In this document: positions 30,797 through 41,963 of the stretch, piece after piece | Layout: each line of letters opens with the position of its first letter | Numbering within the stretch: position 1 is the first letter of the stretch | NCBI GenBank assembly: GCA_963735595.1 | Contig: CAVTLK010000001.1 | Coordinates: 256,001 to 320,000, forward strand | Direction of reading: 5' to 3' | Origin: an uncultured delta proteobacterium | Lineage (GTDB): Bacteria; Desulfobacterota; Zymogenia; Zymogenales; Zymogenaceae | DNA: 64,000 bases | Translations under genes and position numbers: made by a program | The notes under the pieces: generated by a model | The model's input: the letters and a program-made list of their open reading frames with translations, nothing else | Database searches by the model: none | What the model was told of the DNA's origin: nothing

Positions 30797-31135
30797 CGTA
30801 TCTCGATAGCACATCTTTGAGGAAATGACGGGTACGAGTATCGGTGCCGTTTTTATGATGTATCAATCGAATCGGGAGAATATGGTCTACGCCGCCATAC
30901 TAACGAAGAATCGGCCCTTGCCGGATTGTTCGGAATCGGGTCTTGCTGCCCGGATCGGGGATTACTGATAGATAAAAAAGGCGGTATGCCCATATAAGAC
31001 ACATGAAATAAGTTTACGAATATATTTTGTTGCTTTTATTACGCGGTTCTATATGGTAATATTATAAGAATGTGTGCACAAGTGTAAGATTTGGCGTATT
31101 GTCCGCACGGGGTTGTTTCGGTGGAAGAGTCGTTC

Positions 31136-32686
31136 ATGTCATCGTTGGAAACTAAGATCCTCCATGAGTTTTACGAGATCTCGGGCTCAAAGGGAAACTC
31201 GATCGAGGTTCTCAACAAGATGTTTGATATGCTGATTTCCGGGATCGGCGCGAGCAGCGGTCGGGTTTCGGTATTCGACGAAGTAACCGGAGAAGAAACG
31301 GAAATCGTGATGTTGGGTGTACGTATGTCGCTCGAGAATCCCGACCTGCAGGGCAAGGCTCTACTCAAACGATTCCAAAATAATAAATCGCGATTGATTG
31401 TCGAGACGATAAATGACGGCCACGGCCAGGCGGCATTTGCGCCGTTGCTGATTTCCGGTAAGCTGATCGGGATTATCCTGGCCGAAAGAGAGAAAGATGC
31501 GGCCCCTTTTACGAGAAACGAGCTAACGACGATAGAACATGTCGCGGTGCTTGCCGTACTCCTGGTTGACAATATCAGGCTCGAGAGAATACGTAATCGG
31601 AGTCTGGCCGAGATATCAGAGTTGATGGAGATCTCGGCCATTCTCAATTCGTCGCTCGACACAACTTCCATTCGCGAGAAAGCGATAACGGCGATTACGA
31701 GGCTGCTCGAATGTGAAGTGGCGTCTTTGCTTCTCGTCGATGACGTAACCGGTGAGCTTTATTTCGAAGTGGCGCTCGGTGAAAAAGGTAACCGGGTTAA
31801 AGAGATTCGGCTGAAGCAGGGCGAAGGAATTGCGGGCTGGGTTGCTACCCATAACCAGCCGGTTCTCATAGACGATGTAAAGAGCGACCTTCGCCATTCA
31901 CGGCGATTTGATGACCGGTCAAAATTCGAGACGCGCAGCATGATCTGTGTGCCGATGATTATAAAGGCCAGAGTTGCCGGTGTATTACAGGCCATCAACA
32001 AGCTTGGTGCGTCGGGATTCTCTCAGACGGATCTCGACCTGCTTATCTCCCTTTCTCATGAAGTTGCAATTGCGGTAGACAACGCGCGCCTCTACAATGA
32101 GCTCAGGGAAACGTTTTATCAGACTGCCGAAGCTCTCGCGGATGCCATAGAAAAGCGCGATCCATATACGGGTAACCATACGAGACGCGTCATGCACTAC
32201 TCTATGGCGATATCCCGATTTATGAATCTCACTGAGACCGAAATGGAAAACCTGAGACTTGCCGCTATCCTCCATGACATCGGTAAAATAGGGGTGGAGG
32301 ACTCCGTTCTTCGAAAGGACACTGATCTTGATAGCGATGAATACCAAAAAATAGTCCGTCACCCTGACATCGGCGTAGATATACTCGGCCATATCAAATC
32401 GCTGGAAGGCGTAATACCGGGTATCAAGTCACACCATGAGCGTATCGATGGAAAGGGCTATCCTGATATGATCATGGACGGAGATATACCGCTCATTGCC
32501 AAGATAATCGCCGTGGCCGATACTTTTGACGCAATGACAACCGACCGTCCGTATCGATCGGCGCTATCCGAAAAGGAAGCGGTGGAGGAGCTTCAGCGAT
32601 TCGCGGGAACCCAGTTTGACCTTGACGTGGTTAACGCGCTCGTTAAATCGTACGAAAACGGATACATCGCCAAGAATGTTGACTAA
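31136..32686 (+). CDS. GAF-GAF-HD-GYP cyclic dinucleotide phosphodiesterase
   Basis: GEGIAGWV GAF domain; RDPYTGNH, LHDIGKIG, HHERIDGKGYP, VADTFDAMTTDRPYR. Confidence 0.92.
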   Translation: MSSLETKILHEFYEISGSKGNSIEVLNKMFDMLISGIGASSGRVSVFDEVTGEETEIVMLGVRMSLENPDLQGKALLKRFQNNKSRLIVETINDGHGQAAFAPLLISGKLIGIILAEREKDAAPFTRNELTTIEHVAVLAVLLVDNIRLERIRNRSLAEISELMEISAILNSSLDTTSIREKAITAITRLLECEVASLLLVDDVTGELYFEVALGEKGNRVKEIRLKQGEGIAGWVATHNQPVLIDDVKSDLRHSRRFDDRSKFETRSMICVPMIIKARVAGVLQAINKLGASGFSQTDLDLLISLSHEVAIAVDNARLYNELRETFYQTAEALADAIEKRDPYTGNHTRRVMHYSMAISRFMNLTETEMENLRLAAILHDIGKIGVEDSVLRKDTDLDSDEYQKIVRHPDIGVDILGHIKSLEGVIPGIKSHHERIDGKGYPDMIMDGDIPLIAKIIAVADTFDAMTTDRPYRSALSEKEAVEELQRFAGTQFDLDVVNALVKSYENGYIAKNVD

Positions 32687-32742
32687 CGGCGATATATCAT
32701 ATATAGTAAATTAACTGACCGGGTAACGGTGCGGAGGAATTT

Positions 32743-33399
32743 ATGGTGGCCCAGGATATCCTGTTGCAGAAATTCGGCCGTGATTTCGAGAAAGGTACGA
32801 TACTCTTTCACGAGGGTGATACCCGAAGCAAAGAGATGTACGTCATCCATAAGGGTAAGGTAAAGATATATAAGAAGGTCGGCAACCAGGAGACCGTACT
32901 GGCATATCTGGGCCAGGGAGAGTTCTTTGGTGAAATGGCGATCCTTAATAATAAACCACGATCGGCGACGGCCGAGGTTGTCGAAAATGGAACCCTTTTG
33001 GTGATCGATCCCAAGACGTTTGAGACAATGATAAAGAATAACGCAGGGGTAGCCTTCAGGATGATCAAGAAGCTGGCCGACCGTATTGAGGAGACCGACA
33101 ATACGATTGAACGCCTGATGATAAAGGATACCAACAGCCGTGTCGTGCATGCACTTGAGAGCCTGGGAGAGTCTATCGGCGTTCGAAACGATGGCGAGCT
33201 CGTCGTTCCGCTTTCACAAGAGGAATTCCTATCCAGGGCGGGCGTCAGCTACGATCACGCCTCCGATATACTTGAGAAGTTGAAAAAAGCGAAGATTATT
33301 ACGGTATCGGCCGATGCCATCTGTATCCACGACATAGGCAAACTGAGGAAATTCGTCCAGTTCCTGATTCTCAAGGAACAATTTGGTGATTTGGATTAG
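32743..33399 (+). CDS. Crp/Fnr-family cyclic-nucleotide-binding regulator
   Basis: FHEGD, GEFFGEMAIL, RSATA phosphate-binding cassette; C-terminal HTH-like region. Confidence 0.9.
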   Translation: MVAQDILLQKFGRDFEKGTILFHEGDTRSKEMYVIHKGKVKIYKKVGNQETVLAYLGQGEFFGEMAILNNKPRSATAEVVENGTLLVIDPKTFETMIKNNAGVAFRMIKKLADRIEETDNTIERLMIKDTNSRVVHALESLGESIGVRNDGELVVPLSQEEFLSRAGVSYDHASDILEKLKKAKIITVSADAICIHDIGKLRKFVQFLILKEQFGDLD

Positions 33400-33404
33400 C
33401 ACGT

Positions 33405-34169
33405 ATGGAAATCCGAGTATTAGGATGTAACGGTGGTATCCTCCCCGGTTTCCGATCTTCAAGTTTCCTGATCAATGAGCGGATACTCATCGATTCGGGA
33501 AACGTCGCGGATATTCTCACGCTCGAGGAACAAAACAGGATCAGGGATATCTTCGTTACCCATTTCCACCTCGATCACACGAAAGACATTGCCTTCCTGA
33601 CGGATAATGCTTTTGGGGATCATAATCTTCCCATCACCGTATACGGTACAGAACAAACCGTTTCTGATTTTAAGAAACACTATTTCAATAACGCGACCTG
33701 GCCCGATTTCACCAAGATCAATTCGGATGACCAACCGATCGTAAGGCTTGTCGCCATTAAAACAAAAGAGAAAACGGTGGCGGGTGGTATGGAAGTAACG
33801 CCTTTTATCGTCAACCACTCCATAGACGGGGTGGGCTATACCGTCCGAGACGGATCCACCGTTATCGTTTTTTCCGGGGACACCGGACCCACTGACGACT
33901 TATGGGATATAGTTAACGCCGATATGAACGTCAAGGCGGTCTTTGTGGAGACCTCGTTTCCAAATGAGCTCCAGGCGATAGCGGATGCGTCCGGTCATTT
34001 TACTCCGCAGACACTTGATGCTGACCTGAGGAAACTCACTAAGAGCACCATTCCGATATATCTCTATCATCTCAAACCGAGGTACCACGATACTATCGTC
34101 AAAGAGATCGAGGCGCTCAAACGGGACAATCTCATTATACTGCGAAATGATCTCCGCCTAACTTTCTGA
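33405..34169 (+). CDS. Class II (metallo-beta-lactamase fold) 3',5'-cyclic nucleotide phosphodiesterase
   Basis: VLGCNGG, THFHLDH, HYFNNATWPDF, FSGDTGPT, SGHFTP, YHLKP. Confidence 0.85.
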   Translation: MEIRVLGCNGGILPGFRSSSFLINERILIDSGNVADILTLEEQNRIRDIFVTHFHLDHTKDIAFLTDNAFGDHNLPITVYGTEQTVSDFKKHYFNNATWPDFTKINSDDQPIVRLVAIKTKEKTVAGGMEVTPFIVNHSIDGVGYTVRDGSTVIVFSGDTGPTDDLWDIVNADMNVKAVFVETSFPNELQAIADASGHFTPQTLDADLRKLTKSTIPIYLYHLKPRYHDTIVKEIEALKRDNLIILRNDLRLTF

Positions 34170-34178
34170 GGAATCGTC

Positions 34179-35015
34179 TTGGCAATACGGAAAGAACAAT
34201 CAACGGGAGTCGGTATCGACGAACGAACTGCATGGGTGCGATGTCCCGGATGCAGCCGTATTCTTTTTTCGCGAGAAGCCACGAGGAACCTCTCGGTCTG
34301 TTCAGAATGCGGGTATCATTTTCGGATCGGGGCGCGCAGGCGAATTGAAATAACGGTTGACCCGGAAAGTTTTGAAGAGCTTTTCGATACTATCCTCACG
34401 TCCGACCCTCTCTCATTTGTGGACAGTAAGCCATACGCAAAGCGGATTGAGCAGGCTCGTGAAAAATCGGGCAATAACGAGGCCGTGATTGTGGGAAAGG
34501 CAGCGATCTTTGACCACCCGCTCATTGTATCTGTCATGGATTTTGATTTTATGGGCGGAAGCATGGGTAGCGTAGTAGGGGAGAAGGTGACCCGGGCCAT
34601 CGAGGAGGCTATCAATTCTTCGTTGCCGTTAGTATCGTTTACGGCTTCAGGCGGAGCCCGGATGCAAGAGGGACTTATATCACTGATGCAGATGGCCAAG
34701 ACGGCGGGCGCGGTGGCCCGTATGCGGGTAAAACGCCTGCCGTTCATATCGGTACTTACCGACCCAACCACCGGCGGAGTGGCGGCGAGTTTTGGAATGC
34801 TCGGTGATATAAGCATAGCGGAGCCGGGCGCGCTTATTGGATTTGCAGGCAGGCGCGTTATAGAACAGACGATCAACCAGAAGCCGCCGGAAAACTTCCA
34901 AAAAGCCGAGGAACTGATACGCCATGGAATAATCGACATGATCCTCGAAAGAAAACACGTCCGCCCAACGATCGGCCGGCTTCTTGACTACCTGAGTTCC
35001 GATACCGCCCGATAG
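34179..35015 (+). CDS. accD: Acetyl-CoA carboxylase carboxyltransferase beta subunit
   Basis: WVRCPGC...CSECGYHF zinc finger, FMGGSMGSVVGEK, SGGARMQEG, PTTGGV. Confidence 0.97.
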   Translation: MAIRKEQSTGVGIDERTAWVRCPGCSRILFSREATRNLSVCSECGYHFRIGARRRIEITVDPESFEELFDTILTSDPLSFVDSKPYAKRIEQAREKSGNNEAVIVGKAAIFDHPLIVSVMDFDFMGGSMGSVVGEKVTRAIEEAINSSLPLVSFTASGGARMQEGLISLMQMAKTAGAVARMRVKRLPFISVLTDPTTGGVAASFGMLGDISIAEPGALIGFAGRRVIEQTINQKPPENFQKAEELIRHGIIDMILERKHVRPTIGRLLDYLSSDTAR

Positions 35016-35114
35016 TTAGAGATCTACCGGAAGCTACAGGGCCCATCTACGTTTCCCGTTTAAATCACGATAACCGAGCGACATAATGTCTCATACAATA
35101 TTGGTCGTATATAG

Positions 35115-36422
35115 ATGAGCCCTTATACCGCGTCAGATGCCGATATCTCCGGCCAATTATTATATCTCGAGGAGTTGACCGGGCGCGGGATTCGCACTGA
35201 CTTAGCTCCCATGCGAACGGCGCTGTCACTGCTGGATAACCCCGAACGGAAGGTTCGGACAGTCATCGTGGGAGGAACCAACGGTAAAGGGTCGACAGTA
35301 GCCATGATCGGCAGTATTATTAGGCATGCCGAATATCCCGTTGGCTGCTACTACTCTCCACATATCCTGGACGTGCGGGAAAGGATCGATCTTAACGGGC
35401 GACCGATCTCACCGGCCGATATGGCCTGCCTCATCAGGAGGGTCAAAGGTGAAATCGCGGGACATGTCGAATTAACCTATTTCGAGTTCCTGACTGTTTC
35501 GGCTTACTTGTGGTTTGCCGAGAAGAAGGTGGATCTTTCCGTTATGGAGGTGGGAATGGGGGGGCGATTCGACGCCACGAATGTCGCGGACCCGCTCGTT
35601 TCGGTGATCACGACGGTAGCCCTCGACCATACTCAGTATCTCGGCGATACGGAGGAGGCCATTGCGCTCGAGAAGGTTCAGATTGTCCCACGGAACGGAA
35701 TTGTAGTAGCGGGGAGGGTAAGTGAGGAGGTAGCATCGGTGATACAGGATCACGCGAGAGAAAAGAATGCCGAGGTCATCCTGTTGGGCAGGGATTTTAA
35801 GGCTGTCCGAAACGCGGGAACGGACTCCGGTGCTGTCAATAGTATGCGGTATCGCGGTTTGTCGGTTCGGCTTAACGATGTTTATGTTCCTCTTGCCGGG
35901 AGACATCAGATAGACAACGCGGCGGTGGCACTGGCGGTAATAGAAGTACTGGGCCGAAAGGGATTCACGATACCTGAACGGGCGGTCAGACAGGGTATTG
36001 CGTCGGTACGCCTTTCCGGAAGGATCCAGCGGATCACGGACGTTCCCGAGGTGATCGTTGACGTCGCCCACAACCCGTCGGGAGCCCGGGTCCTGGCGCG
36101 CTATATTCGTGCGCTGCCGAAAAAAAGGACGGCCGTCGTCGTGGGGATGATGGCCGACAAGGACATCGGCGGATTTATCCGAGAAATCGACGGCATGGCC
36201 GACACATTGGTCCTTACGCAACCCCGCGTTGAACGGGCGGCGTCAATTCAGACGCTCACAGCGGCGCTGGGCTCTCCGGGAAAGCAGTTTCGTATGATCC
36301 AGAGTGTCGGTGAAGCGGTCGATTGGGCAAGGTCCGCAGTCGGCAAGGAAGGGCGTGTCGTCATTACCGGCTCGTTCTATACCGTCCAGGAGGCAATGGA
36401 ACGGATCAACGTGGCGCCTTAG
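35115..36422 (+). CDS. folC: Folylpolyglutamate synthase / dihydrofolate synthase
   Basis: GTNGKGS, TYFE, EVGMGGRFDATNV, DVAHN, GSFY; follows accD. Confidence 0.95.
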   Translation: MSPYTASDADISGQLLYLEELTGRGIRTDLAPMRTALSLLDNPERKVRTVIVGGTNGKGSTVAMIGSIIRHAEYPVGCYYSPHILDVRERIDLNGRPISPADMACLIRRVKGEIAGHVELTYFEFLTVSAYLWFAEKKVDLSVMEVGMGGRFDATNVADPLVSVITTVALDHTQYLGDTEEAIALEKVQIVPRNGIVVAGRVSEEVASVIQDHAREKNAEVILLGRDFKAVRNAGTDSGAVNSMRYRGLSVRLNDVYVPLAGRHQIDNAAVALAVIEVLGRKGFTIPERAVRQGIASVRLSGRIQRITDVPEVIVDVAHNPSGARVLARYIRALPKKRTAVVVGMMADKDIGGFIREIDGMADTLVLTQPRVERAASIQTLTAALGSPGKQFRMIQSVGEAVDWARSAVGKEGRVVITGSFYTVQEAMERINVAP

Positions 36423-36558
36423 GCGTGATCGAGTGAGTCCCTCGTGGAGGGTCTTACGCATAGACGGGGGCGCCTACTCGAAAAGTATGGCCAGGCCGCC
36501 TCGCCATCGGCAGGGCGTCCATATTAGGAACGACGGTCATAAATAGACCGCAATTAGA

Positions 36559-36587
36559 TTGACAATCAGGCATGATTTCTCTATCAT
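36559..36587 (+). promoter_or_regulatory. Sigma70-type promoter of coaBC
   Basis: TTGACA-17 nt-TATCAT. Confidence 0.6.
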
Positions 36588-36631
36588 ACAAAATAACAAA
36601 TAACCTATCCAAACGGCAGATTTCCAATAGT

Positions 36632-37834
36632 ATGACCGAACCGAGAACTATCGTCCTGGGCGTAACGGGCGCGATTGCAGCCTATAAGGCCTGCGAGCTT
36701 ACGCGCCTGTTCATCAGGGGAGGGTATACCGTTCACGTCATCATGACTGAGCACGCCCGGGCTTTCGTTTCACCCCTTACCTTCTCGACGCTTTCGGGCA
36801 ATCCGGTCGCCGGGGAAATGTTCGATGGCCAGGCGCCGGAGACAATTAAGCATATCGATCTTGCCGATGAGGCAGACCTCATCGTAGTGGCCCCCGCCAC
36901 CGCAAATATCATCGCCAAGGTCTCGGCGGGGATAGCCGATGACTTATTGAGCACGGTTATCCTGGCAACCAAGGCCCCCGTCCTCTTCGCACCATCGATG
37001 AACGTCAACATGTACGAGAACCCGATAACTCAGGGTAACATAAATCGGCTCTCGGAGCTTGGATTTCAATTCGTTGAACCGGGGGTGGGATGGCTCGCCT
37101 GCGGTTGGGAAGGCAAAGGAAGGCTCGCCGAGCCTGATCGGATATTTGAGCGTGCCGTAACCCTTTTGACCGAGCAAGACCTTTCGGGCATGAAGGTTCT
37201 GGTAACAGCCGGCCCGACACGCGAGGCGATCGATCCCGTCCGATTCATCAGCAACCGTTCTACCGGCAAGATGGGATACGCAGTGGCATCCCGGGCCGTA
37301 TGCCGGGGTGCGCAGGTCGTCCTCATCTCGGGACCGTCGCACATCGAGGCGCCGGCGGGCGTCGAGCTGGTAGATGTAATAAGCGCAGGCGATATGGCGC
37401 GGGCAGTTACGGATCGTTTCGGCTGGGCCGATGTCGTCATAAAGGCGGCGGCCGTTTCGGACTTTACGCCGGCCAACCCCTGCGATCAGAAGATGAAGAA
37501 AGACGACTGTGGCGACACGATTAAACTCTCCCGTACGGAGGATATACTGCTCGGGCTCGGGAAGATCAAGGGAAATTCGATATTGGTGGGATTCGCCGCC
37601 GAAACCGAAGAGGTGCCGGCTAATGCCAGGAAGAAGCTCATCGAGAAGAATCTCGACATAATCGTGGCCAACGATGTATCAGGAAAAGACTCGGGATTTG
37701 CCGTTGATACGAACATCGTGAGGATTATCCAGCGCGAAGGACCGGAAATGGAGCTTCCCCTTATGAAAAAGGAGGAGGTTGCCGACGAGATACTCAACAG
37801 GGTCAGGAAACTGTGGAAAAAGACGCACCGATAG
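36632..37834 (+). CDS. coaBC: Phosphopantothenoylcysteine decarboxylase / ligase
   Basis: GVTGAIAAYK, APATAN, PSMNVNM, TAGPTREAIDPVRFISNRSTGKMG, GFAAET. Confidence 0.97.
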   Translation: MTEPRTIVLGVTGAIAAYKACELTRLFIRGGYTVHVIMTEHARAFVSPLTFSTLSGNPVAGEMFDGQAPETIKHIDLADEADLIVVAPATANIIAKVSAGIADDLLSTVILATKAPVLFAPSMNVNMYENPITQGNINRLSELGFQFVEPGVGWLACGWEGKGRLAEPDRIFERAVTLLTEQDLSGMKVLVTAGPTREAIDPVRFISNRSTGKMGYAVASRAVCRGAQVVLISGPSHIEAPAGVELVDVISAGDMARAVTDRFGWADVVIKAAAVSDFTPANPCDQKMKKDDCGDTIKLSRTEDILLGLGKIKGNSILVGFAAETEEVPANARKKLIEKNLDIIVANDVSGKDSGFAVDTNIVRIIQREGPEMELPLMKKEEVADEILNRVRKLWKKTHR

Positions 37835-38511
37835 GGGCGGTATCGAGGTCAATCCGATCGCACCTCGAGTACCTCAGGGATTTGGGGATTGAGAATATTC
37901 CTAAACGGGAGGGGCAGGATAGCGTGACGGCCGCTCCTCCGCCGACATTGGATGCGATCAGGGAAGAAATGGGCGATTGCAGGCGATGTAAGCTCTGGGA
38001 GGGCAGGAGAAATCTCGTATTCGGCGAGGGTAATCCGGATGCCTCGTTGATGTTCGTGGGGGAGGCGCCCGGTGCCGATGAGGATGCTCAGGGACGCCCG
38101 TTTGTCGGAAGGGCGGGACAGCTTTTGACCAAAATCATCGAGGCCATTGATATGAAGCGGGCCGACGTCTATATCGCTAACATAGTCAAATCGCGCCCCC
38201 CGAACAATAGGGCCCCGGAGCCGGATGAGGTGGTCGCGTGTATCCCGTTTCTACGAAAACAGATAGCGGCTATAGCCCCCCAGATTATCGTGACCCTGGG
38301 GTCCGTGGCCACGAATAATCTTCTCTCCGCCTCATTCTCCATTACCAAGGTGAGAGGGGAGTTCAGACAAATGGGCGCAATCCTGGTCATGCCGACCTTC
38401 CATCCGAGCTATCTCTTACGCAATCCCGCGGCCAAGCGGGAAGTATGGGAGGATATGAAGAAGGTCAGGGACCGTCTACGCCTTATAGAAAGGAGTGATT
38501 CGGGTGCGTAA
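37813..38511 (+). CDS. Uracil-DNA glycosylase family 4
   Basis: CRRCKL, FVGEAPG, GRPFVGRAG, RPPNNR, PTFHPSYLLR. Confidence 0.95.
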   Translation: MEKDAPIGAVSRSIRSHLEYLRDLGIENIPKREGQDSVTAAPPPTLDAIREEMGDCRRCKLWEGRRNLVFGEGNPDASLMFVGEAPGADEDAQGRPFVGRAGQLLTKIIEAIDMKRADVYIANIVKSRPPNNRAPEPDEVVACIPFLRKQIAAIAPQIIVTLGSVATNNLLSASFSITKVRGEFRQMGAILVMPTFHPSYLLRNPAAKREVWEDMKKVRDRLRLIERSDSGA

Positions 38512-39809
38512 ACTATTGGTATTTGTACATATCGCAATTCTTGCCGCCGGTATCCTGCTGACGGCCGTGCCGGTAATATTCGGCCAGCCTGCGGGGCCTG
38601 CGCCCGTGAGCGTACTCACGGTTAAGGGGGTCATAAATCCTGTCTCCGCGGAATATCTCATCGAAGGGATCACCGATGCAGGCAACGACGGGTATCAGGC
38701 GGTCATCATTGAGCTCGATACTCCGGGAGGCCTGGACGATTCTATGAGAGACATTATCCAGACGATGATCGGCGCGAAGATCCCCGTCATCGTTTACGTT
38801 CATCCTTCAGGCGGGCGGGCGGCGTCGGCCGGGGCCTTCATAACGATTGCTGCGGATGTCGCCGTCATGACGCCCGGGACCAACATTGGCGCGGCCTCGC
38901 CAGTATCTATCGGCGAGACGATGGACGAGACGATGAAGGCAAAGGTCACCAACGATGCCGCGGCCTATATAACAGGTCTGGCCAACAACAATAATAGGAA
39001 CGTCGAGATCGCCCGGAAGATGGTTACAGAGGCAATATCCATACCGTCCGATGAAGCCCTTTCGGAAAATATTGTTGACTTTATCGCCACGGATAGAGCC
39101 GAGCTGATCGATAGACTTGACGGAACCACCATTACCGCGGCCAAGGGAGATTTCACCTTACAACTCAAGGGCGCCGATATTGTAGAGAACCCAATGGGAT
39201 TCCGATTCGAGTTTCTCTATATACTCTCAAATCCCAACATCGCTTACATTCTTATGATGCTGGGGATTATGGGTCTCTACTTTGAGTTGTCCAACCCGGG
39301 GACTATTTTGCCGGGCGTTATCGGCGGAATATGCCTGGTTCTGGCCTTTTACTCGTTTCAGACGCTTCCGGTCAATTATGCGGGTGTCTTGCTTATCCTG
39401 TTCGCGGCGCTTGCTATTTATCCTTGAAATCAAAGCGCCTACCCACGGTTTCCTGGCGATCGGCGGGGTGATTGCCCTTTTGTTCGGATCGATTCTCCTG
39501 TTTGACACGAAAGTGGAATTTCTCAGGGTATCTATGAAAGTTATTCTGCCGACCGTTATCGGGGTGACTCTCTTTTTCGTCCTGGTGATATTGCTTGCAG
39601 TCAGGGCATATAAGAGAAAACCGACCACCGGGACGGAGGGTATTCTCGGGGAAATAGGCGTCGCCAAGTCGCGTATAGACGGGGAAGGCGGCCGTGTTTT
39701 CGTTCATGGCGAGTGGTGGGACGCGACCAGCGATGATCCCATCCCCGAGGGTGCCAAGGTCGAGGTCATCGAAAGCAAGAACCTCTCCATCAGAGTAAGA
39801 AAGATCTGA
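38495..39809 (+). CDS. nfeD: NfeD family membrane-bound serine protease (frameshift ~39405)
   Basis: LDTPGG, AASAG, TNIGAASP; C-terminal OB fold (GRVFVHGEWWDA) lies in the next frame. Confidence 0.88.
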
Positions 39810-39828
39810 GACGACCTCCCGGAAATTG

Positions 39829-40830
39829 ATGACAGAGAACAATACGGGCCCTCTCGGTTATCTCGGGGGGGCTGGACAGCATATTGGCCACGCGCATTGT
39901 CATGGATCAGGGCGTGGACGTGACGGCGATTAACTTCGTCTCGCCTTTTTTCGGATCGGAAAGCGAGCGCGCTCACGGCGCGTATGGCCGATCGTTACGG
40001 TATCCGCGCGATAGTCGGTCGATATCGGCGACAGTTACCTCGCGATGCTCTCGTCGCCGCAATATGGGTATGGCAAGAACTTCAACCCGTGCGTGGACTG
40101 CAAGATTCTTCTGTTTTCGACGGCGCTCCTGATGATGGAACGGTTCGGGGCCCGGTTTATCGTAACCGGAGAGGTGCTGGGCCAGCGGCCGATGTCGCAG
40201 AGGCGCGATACCCTCAGGGTAATAGAACGTGATTCGTTTACGAGCGGCCTATTGCTGCGCCCTCTATCGGCCCAGCTGCTCAAACCGACGATAGCGGAAT
40301 TAAACGGATGGGTAAGGAGGAATGAGCTCTTCGCGTTTTCGGGGAGATCCCGAAAACCCCAGATTGAGCTCGCGTCACGACTCGGAATCACTGGTTACCC
40401 GGCCCCCGCGGGAGGCTGCTGCCTGACCGATCCGATTCTATCGAAAAGAATCAGGCGCCTCTATGCGATGAGGGGGCGGCCCGAGGCCCGCGAGGTGGCG
40501 CTTATACAGATCGGAAGACCCTTTTTGCTTGGGGAAACGGCGATATTGACGATTGGCAGGAACGAGGAAGAAAACGGGCGAATCGGCAAAATAGCGGGAA
40601 ACCAGGCTCTCTTTCTGAGGACCGTTGACGTTCCGGGCCCGGCAGGGGTCATTTTCGGAGCGGCCACGGACGAAGATATCCGTCGGGCTGTGGCCGTTAT
40701 AGCCTATTATACAAAGGGACGTAACTTGCCAACGGTCAATATTGGGGTCGGTAGTTACGAAGATTCGCTCAGAACCGTGGGTGGAACTATCCGGGCCGGA
40801 GCCCAGGAAGTAGAGGCAATGAAATTCTGA
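39829..40830 (+). CDS. PP-loop tRNA thiolation protein (ThiI/MnmA-like), frameshifted in its 5' part
   Basis: SGGLDS PP-loop (~39860), YGYGKNFNPCVDC, TGEVLGQRPMSQ, YPAPAGGCCLTD; about three frame changes between 39835 and 40040. Confidence 0.8.
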
Positions 40831-40890
40831 TTCCAACGGTAACGGTACAAGAGAGGATATGTCTGTTTTTAAGATTCATTGAGGAAAACA

Positions 40891-41886
40891 ATGCGAAGAT
40901 CACGGATACTGTCAACGGGGCGGTACCTCCCGCCGAAGGTCGTCACAAACCACGACCTGGCCAGAGTCATTAACACCACCGACCAATGGATTCAGGAACG
41001 CTCCGGCATCGTCGAGAGGCGATACGTGGAAGGGGAGGTGGGGGCATCCGACCTTGGTTTTGAGGCGGCTAAAATCGCCATCGATCGTGCGGGTTTAAAA
41101 CCTGCCGAAATCGATATGATCATATTTGCGACGCTAAGCCCGGATCATTGCTTTCCCGGCTCGGGATGCCTGCTCCAGAAAATGCTGGATATCCCGGGAA
41201 AGGCGGTGGTCGATATCAGGAACCAGTGTACCGGGTTCCTGTACGGTATGTCGATTGCCGACCAGTTTATAAAAACCGGCATGTTTGACAAAATCCTCGT
41301 TGTAGGGGCCGAAGTCCATTCAACAGGGCTGGAATTTGACGACTCCGGCAGGGACGTAACAGTCCTGTTTGGGGACGGCGGCGGGGCTATGGTTATCGGC
41401 GTCAGCGATGATCAGAATCGCGGCATCCTGTCGACTCACCTGCATGCCGATGGCAGGGGCTTCAGGGACCTCTGGATCGAAGCTCCTAACAGCCGATGTA
41501 TGCCGCGCATTACCCATCAGATGCTCGACGAAGGCCGGCAGTGGCCCAGGATGAACGGAAAAAACGTCTTTAAAGGCGCCGTTACCCGACTTCCCGAGGT
41601 TATTAATGAGGCCCTGACGGCAAATAGCGTAAAGCTCGAAGATATCGCCTATCTGGTACCGCACCAGGCAAATATGCGCATCAATCAGTTCGTCGCTCAC
41701 AAGCTCGGCTATCCGCAGGAAAAAGTCTGGCACAATATCCAGCGCTACGGCAACACCACCGCGGCGACGCTTCCGTTATGCCTGGACGAGATGCTTGAGC
41801 AAGGCGTGGTCAAAGACAATGACCTACTGCTATTTGCCGCCTTCGGGGCCGGATTCACGTGGGGATCTGCGCTCGTGAGGTGGTAA
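40891..41886 (+). CDS. fabH: 3-oxoacyl-ACP synthase III family protein
   Basis: NQCTGF (catalytic Cys), LFGDG, PHQAN, YGNT, FGAGFTWG. Confidence 0.9.
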   Translation: MRRSRILSTGRYLPPKVVTNHDLARVINTTDQWIQERSGIVERRYVEGEVGASDLGFEAAKIAIDRAGLKPAEIDMIIFATLSPDHCFPGSGCLLQKMLDIPGKAVVDIRNQCTGFLYGMSIADQFIKTGMFDKILVVGAEVHSTGLEFDDSGRDVTVLFGDGGGAMVIGVSDDQNRGILSTHLHADGRGFRDLWIEAPNSRCMPRITHQMLDEGRQWPRMNGKNVFKGAVTRLPEVINEALTANSVKLEDIAYLVPHQANMRINQFVAHKLGYPQEKVWHNIQRYGNTTAATLPLCLDEMLEQGVVKDNDLLLFAAFGAGFTWGSALVRW

Positions 41887-41963
41887 AAGATTCATTGTTA
41901 ATTGTCTTATCGACGGGCGGGAGCGGGATAACATCCCCCCCGCCTTCGTAATATGGGGAAGAT

